A stretch of 45,053 nucleotides of DNA from Tubiluchus corallicola (taxonomy: Eukaryota; Animalia; Priapulida): positions 1-45,053 of the forward strand of contig JAQGDQ010001353.1 of assembly GCA_030141605.1 (NCBI GenBank). Reading direction: 5' to 3'. Position numbers and translations under genes: made by a program. Position 1 is the first letter of the stretch. Every line of letters starts with the position of its first letter. Below the pieces are notes generated by a model that worked only from the letters and a program-made list of their open reading frames with translations, did not search any database and had not been told where the DNA came from. Below, one piece after another: positions 1 to 39,332 of the stretch.

Positions 1-1
1 G

Positions 2-361
2 CACAAGCGATCCACCTACAACTACCTAATCAGACACATACACGGCATCTCGTGGGAGGAGGGAATGATCGAGTACGCAGAATTGGAAAACATTCTACGA
101 CAGACCACCAGAGGCAGGATCACCTACGTCAAGGGAGCAGAGATGTACGATTTCGTCAAAAAACATCTCCCCAAAAATCGCGTGGTCATACGCGTGGAGG
201 ATCTGGAAAGCGAGCGCCCGCCGCCCGCCATACGTTGGCAGAGCAATGGACGAGGCAGAGCGGTTCGGGCGTCCGAAACGATTGCCAACTACGTTCTAAC
301 GTGTCAGTCCAAACGGTCAACATCGTCGCCACGGCTTCGTTCTCGCAGCGCTTCGATCTGA
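2..361 (+). CDS. Partial (5'-truncated) Maverick-type accessory protein, possibly DEDD/RNase-H-like fold
   Basis: Frame is open from base 2: HKRSTYNYLIRHIHGISWEEGMIEYAELENILRQ...ITYVKGAEMYDFVKKHLP..VIRVEDL. The HG[IL]xWxxGx[IV]xY..L..IL..YVKG.E pattern resembles a small protein family I associate with invertebrate Polinton/adintovirus-like elements (recalled, not searched). Confidence 0.6.
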   Translation, partial: HKRSTYNYLIRHIHGISWEEGMIEYAELENILRQTTRGRITYVKGAEMYDFVKKHLPKNRVVIRVEDLESERPPPAIRWQSNGRGRAVRASETIANYVLTCQSKRSTSSPRLRSRSASI

Positions 362-891
362 ACGAACTCCGGCGGAGAACGGGCGGAAGACGCTACGAAA
401 GAAAACCGCAAATGCTTCTGCTAAAGCGACTGGGCGGGACGCTGATGATTTTTGCCTCCGGCTCCGTGGTGGCCAACGGTTTTTCGGAGGAAAAAGTACT
501 ACGCAATGCGATCGAAGAACTCTCGAAAGGTCTCGAACTGACGCCCGCCAACGGGATCGCAATTCGCACCATCACCGCCAGAGCCAAAATTCGCTGCAGA
601 TTGAAACTGGGTGCACTGTACGAAGAACTCGTTCGTCCTTCGACGCATTCTTTTAGAGAAGTGTTTTACGAAGTGGAACTATTTCCCAAACTAACTTGCA
701 AATGCGAGCAAATTACTCTGAACATTTTTCACACCGGAAGCATAATAATGATGGGCGGGACAAAGGTCGAGGATTTCTCTCGCGTTTTCCGCAAATTTAA
801 CGAATTCGTTTTTAACAACAATAACGTTTGTCTGTATCACATCGACGACGACGACGACAATCCATGTACTCGCTCGTCGTCATTAGTGTAG
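301..891 (+). CDS. Divergent TATA-box-binding protein (TBP)-like factor, intronless, probable GTG start
   Basis: Two TBP repeats are recognisable: VNIVATASF..FDL...TLMIFASGSVVANG and IRTITA...LKLGAL...FYEVELFPKL...LNIFHTGSIIMMG (compare canonical QNIV..LIFxSGK.V.TG and YEPELFPGL..LIFVSGK.VLTG). Stop TAG at 889-891 and AATAAA at 1021-1026. The 52-300 extension in the ORF track overlaps the upstream gene and is probably not part of the protein. Confidence 0.88.
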   Translation: MSVQTVNIVATASFSQRFDLNELRRRTGGRRYERKPQMLLLKRLGGTLMIFASGSVVANGFSEEKVLRNAIEELSKGLELTPANGIAIRTITARAKIRCRLKLGALYEELVRPSTHSFREVFYEVELFPKLTCKCEQITLNIFHTGSIIMMGGTKVEDFSRVFRKFNEFVFNNNNVCLYHIDDDDDNPCTRSSSLV

Positions 892-1078
892 TTTTACTGT
901 AATTTTGCGTAATTTGTGTAATTTGCGAAAAAAACAGAAAATGTAGAACTATCATGTCACCATAATAATAATAATAATCTAGTTTTAGCACGTATGTATT
1001 TTGCATAAAAAATGTAAAAAAATAAAAAAAGATTTGTGAAAATGCATTTATCGAACTTTGGCGTTTGAAATAAATCTC

Positions 1079-1863
1079 CACACGCACACACACGCGCACA
1101 CACACACACACACACACACATCTAAACCCGCGAGAGAAGTGGTCGCGGAAAAGGGAGGGCACCCGAGAGAGAGAAGTGGTCGCGGAAAAGGGCCGGCACT
1201 GCGCGAGTGGCGGGAAAAAGATTTCCCTCATTGCCTGCAGTGGACGATTCCACGCGACGGAGGGGTGGGTTGCAGGGGGGTGTCCCCGACCCCCGGGACG
1301 GACGTTTGCACGCGGCGGAGGGGTGGCAGGGGCTCCCCAATTAGCGCCAATTAGCGCCAATTAGCACTAATTAGTCCTCGGCGGGAACTCCACTTCTCCC
1401 TTTTTCTTCGTTTGAGGCGCTTTTTACCTCGTTTCACACACTTTCACACGCTTTCGCGCACTTTCACACGCTTTCACGCGCTTTCACACACTTTCACGTG
1501 CTTTCGAGCGCTTTCGCGCGGTTTAAAATGGGGCGTCAAAAAAAGAAGCCATCCAGGGGCCAGGGGTCAATGAACTTTGGTCACGTGACCTAGAGTTCAA
1601 GGTCATTCGATCCAAATGAAGCCATGCGGGAGGGAAAAACTGCAAAATTTTTACCTCGTTTCACACGCCTTTTCTTCGTTTTTCTTTGTTTTTCGCGCTT
1701 TTTCGTCGATTTCGGTCACGTGCACACTTTCACACGGGTTTTCACACTTTTTTAGGGGTTTTCGTGGATTTTCGCACTTTTTTAGGGGTGTTTTTCCCCA
1801 CCCCCCCGGGGAAATCCCCACCCCCCCCGGGAAATCGGCCAGAGGTGTAACATCTATCCTACT
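1079..1863. repeat. Putative terminal-inverted-repeat region with internal micro/minirepeats
   Basis: (CA)n at 1079-1119; GAGAGAAGTGGTCGCGGAAAAGGG twice (~1132, ~1169); CCAATTAGCG-like x4 (~1337-1377); CTTTCACACG-like 10-mers x~9 (1431-1520); TTTTTACCTCGTTTCACAC at ~1421 and ~1648; C-run/GGGAAATC duplication at 1795-1837. Confidence 0.6.
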
Positions 1864-3130
1864 GTCACTATCCATCATAAAATTTTCTTTTAATTCATCG
1901 TGAACTTAATATAGAGCGTCATTGACAGTGGAGCATCGTGCAAACCATAACCCTCCTCACTAGAAGGCGACATCTCTGAGTTTGAGGTTAAATTTATCAC
2001 ACCCCCATGATATATGACCGAAACATCATTCATTCAATCAATGCACCCCCCAAATGTGACTTGCCATGGGAACTATCATGGGCCCGGAAAGGTTTATGCT
2101 AACCTTAATTTAGCTCTATGCACTCCCTCCCCTCAGTATGGGAGCCAAAATAAATAGCCATCCAATAGAATCTCTCTGGTCTCCCTCTAGAGGTTCTGAA
2201 TTTGGAGAGCTACATTTTCCCTCAATTTTAAATATTTTAAGCCAAAAATGCCACAACTATTGTAAGCTTACAGTCTACTAAATACTCGTAACAAATGCAA
2301 TATTACTCATGACATTCAGTAATAAACCATTAATAAAAAATTAAGGCATATAGTATCAGCAAGGTCGGCTTTGCATTGGCATCTCTCTTCTTTACTACAC
2401 GAAATTTTAACTAAATTTTATTCAATATATAAGTAATAATAACATGTTTGCAACAAATTGATATACATAATTCTTTGCTACCCTCATCTAATTAGTAATT
2501 TTGATACAAATGACAATCCAAAATTTTTTTGGGCAATTTTCTGGCCAGCAGAATTTTTTGAGTTAGCAGCTTTTTCAACAAGGTTTCTCGTATGGTGAGT
2601 ATCACTAACAGCAATATTCACAATCTTGGCAAGTATTGCTCCATACTGAAATATACAAAGGGCTAAAATTTTCTGAGAGTGAAATTGCTACAAAGAATTT
2701 AACATCTCTTTCATTATCACTGAATGTTTGTGTTTGACATGTCGTATACAAAATGAAAAGTCTAATCACATACGTTAACTCAAAATTCAGCTGCTTCAGT
2801 ATTTCAAAGCTGGAACCTAAACAATTACTAAATAACTCTAAGGTGAAAGTGAGTATCAAGCTATTTACAACATTTTACTTACATACAATTCTTTTATTAT
2901 AGAATAAAAATTTCACCTGATACGCTCTCACTGTCACAAACCTAATGCAGATTTGCAGTTTAAAGGTCTGCGAATAAAACTAAGTCAATCTGTTGGTATT
3001 TTCCACTAAGAATGTAGTTTTGCATTTTATAAAACGAAAATTACAATGTGTTTTTAAAGATTTTGTAATGACTTTTTTCTAATAAATCTTGCAGTTACGT
3101 AGAAAATGACAATAAGAAAGTACTGATTAC

Positions 3131-32126
<28,996 letters not shown>

Positions 32127-32407
32127 CTGCAAAAAATCCTCTTCCTTTATTCATATATACTTTACCAAGCATAGTTTAGTAATTGCAGTAAATTTTATGC
32201 AAGATATAATTTAATAAGAGAATCAAGAGTAAAATCATTTGCTTAATAACACTATATTAAAAATTACGTATGTTAGTTATGAATGTTAATGTATTAATTA
32301 AAGAAGAGTTTTGATAATTAAAAAGAGGGTGCATAATTGTATTTACAGCTTTATCGAAATTTATCCACGTGCAAAAACAAAGCTACGTTACTGGTTATTT
32401 GGTGCAT

Positions 32408-32413
32408 GTATGT

Positions 32414-32452
<39 letters not shown>

Positions 32453-32884
32453 GACAATATACACATATATATATATTATTTTATATATTATATTATAATT
32501 ATTATATTATATTATGTTATGTTATGTTATGTTAGGTTAGGTTAGGTTAGGTTAGGTTAGGTTATATTGTATTGTATTGTATTGTATTGTATTGTATTGT
32601 ATTGTATTGTATTGTATTGTATTGTATTGTATTGTATTGTATTATATTATATTATATTATATTATATTATATTATATTATATTATATTATATTATATTAT
32701 ATTATATTATATTATATTATATTATATTATATCATATTATATATATATATATATTATATATATATTATATATATTATATTATATCATATCATATCATATC
32801 ATATCATATCACATTACATTACATTACATTACATTACATTATATTATATTATATCATATTATATTATATTATATTATATATATA
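32408..32884. repeat. Compound AT-rich microsatellite: (TA)n and drifting pentamers
   Basis: TTATG, TTAGG, TTGTA, TTATA, CATAT and CATTA runs in succession. Confidence 0.97.
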
Positions 32885-33218
32885 CCAAGCAACATGTTAT
32901 ATACCTATAAGTATATGTATATACATACGTATAATGATAATTCCTCTTTGTGAACAGTATCAGAAGTCAAATTTATACAAAGGAAAATCAAATTACAACA
33001 TTATAATTTACAAATTGAGCAGGTCAATGCCTGAAACCACCTATTACTTTTAAAAATTCTGCTAATACTGGTAATACATTCGCATTTAACACATTTGCCA
33101 TATTTTATTGGTGTGTAACATGTCCAAGATACGACTATTGATGTTGAAATTTCAAGCTCGTAGAAAAGTTTGAAAATTCGATAGTGCTTTCTGAGGCTTG
33201 CCATGATCAGAATCATAA

Positions 33219-33667
33219 AGACAGAATGCTCTTTAAATCTCTAAAAACATTTATTTTTCCAGAAGTTTTCGTACTTTCCGGACATCGTTAACTATAAAAT
33301 AGAAATGCAGTTGTTATGTATTAATGCGCCAGACCGCATGGCCAATAAAGTAGTTTGGCAACACGCATAACGGCTTAGAACATTTAATAACACTTAACAT
33401 GTAGTTTTATTTGCATTATATCAAAACTGATACAGCAATAACTATGGCAATAATAGCAAGAAAATTCCTGAAAACTTAATTTTTATGGCATCCCTTATTT
33501 TAATGCCATTGTATTCTTACACCTTACATGTAGTTTTATCTGTAATTTTTATGATTTTTATTATTGTATCTCTACGTTACAGTAGAGATACCTGACGAAG
33601 TTCGAGAAAGGATGAAAGCATCTGGAAAAACAAAAGTTTGTTTGAGATTTAAAGAGCACTTTGTCTT
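33219..33667. mobile_element. Penelope-like remnant: ~70-bp inverted repeats carrying decayed hammerhead cores
   Basis: 33219-33289 is an imperfect reverse complement of 33595-33667. Right arm: CCTGACGA-A-GTTC-GAGAAA-GGAT-GAAA. Left arm (minus strand): TAACGA-T-GTCC-GGAAA-GTAC-GAAA. Confidence 0.5.
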
Positions 33668-35690
33668 CTTCACTGAAGGTTCTTTTTCTTCTCTTTTTAT
33701 TATTTGATCACATAATATCTACCTAATTTACAGATGCTTATATCTATAGACCCTGACATGCACTCTCAGCTGTTTGGTAGCGCGTCATAATACTTCACAA
33801 ATGACATGCCGAACCTAATGCATGAATCAAACTCGATTACACAGAAAGGTAAAAAATGTAATAGCACGAAAGTACGTCAACTTACATTTTCCAACGTGAA
33901 AAATTGCAAAAAGCAAAATCAATTTCAGCCAGTTCAACATCATCATTGCTGCTTAAAACACTCGTCAAAGTCTCATTGAATTAATGTGTAATGGCAGAGC
34001 GATATAACAAAGCTATGTATATGATGCCATCCATGAGAATATCCAGTAGGAAAACAATATGTGTTATGCCTTTATTCCTTGAAGACGTCAGACATATTGA
34101 CATTGTCAAGGATACTGTTGTCTGCGGTAAGGCCTGTAAGGAAAATACGCTGGGTCCAAAAGCACCTGTAACAAATGGTTGTTGTTTAAAGACAATAGAG
34201 ACATCTAACAAAGCATGGACAAAGCAGCAGCCATTAAAAACCATTGATTGCTGGTCAACAGACAGAGACTATAATAGCATAAAGTACAGCGACATGCATT
34301 ATTTAACACACATACAATATTTGTGCCGATCTAAGTGAATGGCAAACTTTAACATACGATGCTCTTCTTAAAGCACAAAAACATGTGGGTATATTTATAT
34401 TTTATTCGCGGCTGCAGGGTTCGAACCTAAAACTGAAAAGCAGCGTTCAACATGCTATTCATCTACAAGCAAATTAAGCAAAACATTTTAGCAACGTTTT
34501 TTGCCATCTTGTCTCATCAAAGTGGAAAGATGAATAGTGATTTAAACCATGAAACTCAACTTAAAAACGCCCATAATATTCTAACCTGCATACTTACCAA
34601 TAGAAGAGCATGTTAAATGATGCGAAGCAGCTTCTATCTTTGAACAAAATCAAAAATAAAATTGCACAACGCCAATGCCTTTTATCATTTTGGGAACTTC
34701 AGCATGTGCAGTGTGACGCCATGTCTATAGGTTACGTACTCTGAGTCTCAATGTCTTGAAAAGCAGGCACGACCGTCCTATAAACGACGTGTAACACGTG
34801 GTTCTGGGGTTCTATAGTGTTAGATAATTTACTATTAGAATCCTGGAGTCGGGCTAAGGCTTTGTTGTTTCATACGGGGGCACGCGGAACCCGAGCCATA
34901 CAGTAACAGATTTTCAACTATTTTATCATTTTGGGAACTTCTTCGTAAAGAAATGAAGCAACCGACATTGAATGAATTTATGTAATTTTTAATGGTAATA
35001 ATCAGATGTTTGCGATTTTTTGTTTTTATTAATTCACTTAATTAAATTATGCTTCTTAAATCATTGCATATGGGTATTTTTGACATTAGTTTGTTTCTAA
35101 AAATCAGTAAAACCTTTGCAATGCATACTAAAGTGATGATGAGGATGACTGATGGTTCATACTTGTATAGTAGTAATATACCAAACCCGTCGGCTAATTG
35201 AGTTGGGTCAAAACTAGAAGCCAACCTGTTCTGAAATCAGATTTCACCTGTACATTCAATGACACTCCTTATGCATTACTTCCATATCATGTGATTGAAG
35301 CCACGTAGACGAAAACATATCGAAAGAACATAAAATCATTCGTTGAGTGATTACTCGGTTGATTACTGATTATTTTTGATCACTCTGTTATTGATTACTC
35401 AGTTGAATGTGTTTTGTCCATTATTTAAATAGTTTTTATGCAGATTTTATAAACGCTATAATTGTAGGTGTATGCCGACTTGAACTCACCGATTTGACCT
35501 TGATTGCACTGTAAACGTTTCAAGTGCTAGTGAAACCGTTATTTCGTTGTAGGCTAGTCAAAAGTCTTGGCCTAGATTTTGTAAATTCTTAGTTTGCTAC
35601 TTTGTTTGATTTGCACTTACATTACCCTAATGTACAGTATTTTTGTATTGCTGTGTGCGTTGTGCCAGTGTGTGTCAGTTGAATGATACA

Positions 35691-36461
35691 TCGTATATTT
35701 TAATTCTGCTGGTATATATATTTATATATAAGATTGGAAGCTACAGCTCTGACGACGGCACCATTTGCAGAGATCTATACATCAAACGAAAGGTTTCAAT
35801 CTAGTGTCGTGCCATCGGGGGTTTATTTTTCGAATTGGGCCCACCGGGAAGAACGGGTGACAAAAAACCTCCAAAATGGCCATTTTTCGACCGTTTTTTG
35901 CAAAAGTTATACGTCTGAGATGTGGAGAACGGGAACGGGCCGCGGGGGGGTACTGGGTATGAATAGATAGCCCGTTCAGCGATGCGTGTCATAGGCTTAT
36001 TTAAAATATGCGAGAGGGTCACTGCGTCCCGTAACGGACGTTTTCCCGGACCCAACTCCGGCTTTTTTCGAAATTTTGGCCAAACAGCCTGCAGAAAAAA
36101 CGTTCTAGCGGCGCTTGACGGGACTCTCTGAACGAGATATATAGCTCTTTAGAAAGAGGAAGAACAGGGCTACACGGGGCTGCACGATGATGTGGGTTAT
36201 ATTTTAGGACACGTCCACCACGAGGAGGACCGACGAGTTAATTAGATGTTCAATTTTTGGCAATTTTCGCTTAAAAAACTGCTGACGCAAAGCCATTGTT
36301 GTGACGTCATCCATTGTACTTTGTCTATAACCTTATAGCTTTAATTCAGTAAAAGCTGCCGCTGCTGCCTTTGCGTATTGTATGATGACTATGTATGATG
36401 TTCGCGTATTATTGATTATACGTGTATTTATACGCAAAATCTTTTGCGGGGCCTTTGCTAG
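35691..36461 (+). mobile_element. Non-autonomous Helitron (longest copy)
   Basis: A|TC 5' end, CTAG|T 3' end, subterminal hairpin CGCAAAA-TC-TTTTGCG (36433-36448), no TSD. Homologous to 20069-20508 and 43382-43723. Confidence 0.85.
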
Positions 36462-38003
36462 TCTATAAATATTCTGCAAGCTACTATTTCACTGTAACTA
36501 TTTCACTGTATACTACTTTTCACTGTAACTACTATTTGTCGTATATTATCTGTGATTAGGCGTTAATTATGTCACGCGTTTACCTGGAGAGTGAATTGCA
36601 ACAACTAACTGTACCTGTCTTAAAGCAGATAACTGCTGAACTGTAGGCTAACTTTACCACAGGCTACAAATAAGGCCGGAATAATTGATATGATCATGAA
36701 TGCACAGGGTAACCCTGTGACGACAGGTGAACCTAGTGTTAGACCGAAAGAAGTTGGAGGTGTGTCAAGCACATCGAGTATGTCTGTTGCGCGGATGAGT
36801 GGGCGCAGACTTATGGTCTTTAGTGCAATATAAAAACCCCTTGGTCGGCTAATGGTTAACACAAACAAATACACGAATTATAATTATTTGAGGCGTAACT
36901 TTGAGACATTCTGTTTTGAAAAGAGATATTCAAGGCTCCTGTTGCTGTGACCTCTGACTCAGAAGTATTTTTTCCTATCGTATCGTATCATCTAAAATAG
37001 ATTACCGTTATGGTGTTGTTGGCAAAAGTGTCCTGTCATATCACTATCACATCGCCAAATTTGTGTTGTTTAACATCCTATATTTGTCGTCCATTATTCA
37101 CCCAGCTAATGTGTAGGAAACTTTATCACGCAGTAGAAACGTTTTACTTTACAAACAAACAACTGAACAAACAAACAAAGGAATAATACTTGATCAAGAA
37201 AGTTTACTGCTTCCATATTTCTTTAATTTTGCGTTCGTCAACTTTAATATGGTCTTCCAAGATTACCTAGACTCAAACAAAAGCAAGTTGAATGACAGGT
37301 TAACCCTCACTTCCGTCAAAAGGCTAACTAAAAAGACCAATATAAATTAGAAAGGATAGTAGTGTGAATTTTTCCTAAAATGGTTGTCATTAAATAAGAA
37401 AAATTTCTTGTGAGACTACTGCATAAAATTAGTAATAAAATGCGCTTAAAGTAAGTCATGCAGTACATTATAATAAGTAATAATATAGCGTTAAGAGAAT
37501 AGAACCAATATGACGGATGATTCAGAAGGTGGTGGCTGAACATCTCTCCTGGTTCTGAGGTTATTGGAATAAAACTAACCAGCTTTAGTTACTGAACAAG
37601 CAAAAATTTAACAGGAAAAAATAAACTTACTTATCTTCAATTTCTAAATAGGAAACGATTTTCATCATTAACTATATAAAATACCAAAGTGATACGTACA
37701 ATAATAATCCTACTAGACACATCAGACTTAAATCATGCCAAAATTATCTTTTAAATAAAATTATTCCTGCTTAGACTGTAATGGTCAGTGGTGTTACTCG
37801 TCCAAATTCTTAGTTGTCAGTTTTCTTTAAATTAAAAGTCACTTTTATTGTGTTTTGCTTTGAGTTTGAATCACTTGCTTCACAGCGTTCTACTTGCTAA
37901 CCAATCTCTCTGTTAATTCACAATCCCGTCTGATTATATATGCGCTAAATCTCAAGACCTCAATCGTTGAAATTACTTGACTTGTTGCATTGCATTTTTA
38001 CAG

Positions 38004-38057
38004 GATGTCTAATCTGCAGAACCGTCGAAGGACCACCTGGACCGCCAGGACCACCAG
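38004..38057 (+). other. Isolated 54-nt collagen-like exon candidate
   Basis: tttttacag|GA TGT CTA ATC TGC AGA ACC GTC GAA GGA CCA CCT GGA CCG CCA GGA CCA CCA G|gt = (G)CLICRTVEGPPGPPGPP(G), phase 1-1. Confidence 0.5.
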
Positions 38058-38103
38058 GTGTGTAATTTTTATTGCTGTTGCTGCTTGCATTGTTAACTTA
38101 TTG

Positions 38104-38369
38104 TTACCTTTGTTACAGTCCAGTTCATGTCGACCTATGTACTAAGAAAGATTTGTAAAATCTCAGTGAACTCACCATAATTCAAACTGTTCAGAAGAAG
38201 GACTTGTTCTTACCCTTGTTACAGTCCAGTACATGTCGACTTATGTACTAAGAAAGATTTGTAAAATCTCAGTGAACTCACCATAATTCAAACTGTTCAG
38301 AAGAAGGACTTGTTGTTACCCTTGTTACAATCCAGTACATGTCGACCTATGAACTAAGAAAGATTTGTA
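38104..38369. repeat. 106-bp tandem repeat (~2.5 copies)
   Basis: GTTACA.TCCAG at 38112, 38218 and 38324. Confidence 0.92.
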
Positions 38370-39332
38370 TAGTCAACCAGTGACGTTTTTTGGTGCACAC
38401 TTGGATAGTGAACCAGTGACGTTTTTAGTGCACACTTGGATAGTCAACCAGTGACGTTTTTTTGGTACACACTTGGATAGTCAACCAGTGACGTTTTTTG
38501 GTACGCACTTGGATAGTGAACCAGTGACGTTTTTTAGTGCACACTTGGATAGTCAACCAGTGACGTTTTTTGGTGCACACTTGGATAGTCAACCAGTGAC
38601 GTTTTTTAGTGCACACTTGGATAGTCAACCAGTGACGTTTTTTGGTGCACTCTTGTATAGTCAACCAGTGACGTTTTTTGGTGCACTCTTGTATAGTCAA
38701 CCAGTGACGTTTTTAGTGCACACTTGGATAGTCAACCAGTGACGTTTTTTTGGTACACACTTGGATAGTCAACCAGTGACGTTTTTTGGTACGCACTTGG
38801 ATAGTGAACCAGTGACGATTTTTAGTGCACACTTGGATAGTCAACCAGTGACGTTTTTTGGTGCACACTTGGATAGTCAACCAGTGACGTTTTTTAGTGC
38901 ACACTTGGATAGTCAACCAGTGACGTTTTTTGGTGCACTCTTGTATAGTCAACCAGTGACGTTTTTTGGTGCACTCTTGTATAGTCAACCAGTGACGTTT
39001 TTAGTGCACACTTGGATAGTCAACCAGTGACGTTTTTTTGGTACACACTTGGATAGTCAACCAGTGACGTTTTTTGGTACGTACTTGGATAGTGAACCAG
39101 TGACGATTTTTAGTGCACACTTGGATAGTCTACTAGTGACGTTTTTTAGTGTACACTTGGATAGTGAACCAGTGACGATTTCAGTGCACACTTGGATAGT
39201 CAACCAGTGACGTTTTTTGGTACACACTTGGATAGTCAACCAGGGACGTTTTTTGGTACGCACTTGGATAGTGAACCAGTGACGATTTTTGGTGCACACT
39301 TGGATAGTGAACCAGTGAACCAGCGACGTTTT
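38368..39332. repeat. 36-bp minisatellite with a 288-bp (8-unit) higher-order repeat
   Basis: Unit GGATAGTCAACCAGTGACGTTTTTTGGTGCACACTT. The variant pattern repeats at a 288-bp offset. Confidence 0.97.

Larger units (their letters stand above)
1..1863. mobile_element. Right end of a Maverick/Polinton-like (virus-like) DNA element, truncated by the window edge
   Basis: CpG- and GC-rich block with compact, overlapping, intronless ORFs, then a ~800-bp non-coding region full of short tandem repeats. It ends at ...GTAACATCTATCCTACT(1863), i.e. 5'-AGTAGGATAG on the other strand, resembling the AG/AGT-type termini of Polintons. Composition drops to AT-rich host DNA right after. No core genes (pPolB, integrase, capsid) lie in the window, so the class is inferred. 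Confidence 0.65.

Noticed and set aside
52-300. 83-aa N-terminal extension of the TBP-like ORF
   Set aside because: It begins at a GTG, has no domain-like character, and overlaps the frame-2 ORF that carries the recognisable motifs.
32531-32563. (TTAGG)n as an arthropod-type telomere; also TAACCC repeats at ~14051-14085
   Set aside because: Only a few units, embedded in drifting microsatellites; not informative about telomeres or taxonomy.
32567-33053. YCIVL/YYIIL-repeat ORFs
   Set aside because: Pentamer microsatellite translations.
36630-36833. Short plus-strand ORF (..TNKAGIIDMIMNAQ..) resembling a retrotransposon gag N-terminus
   Set aside because: Too short, with no LTR pair, PBS or downstream pol to support it.
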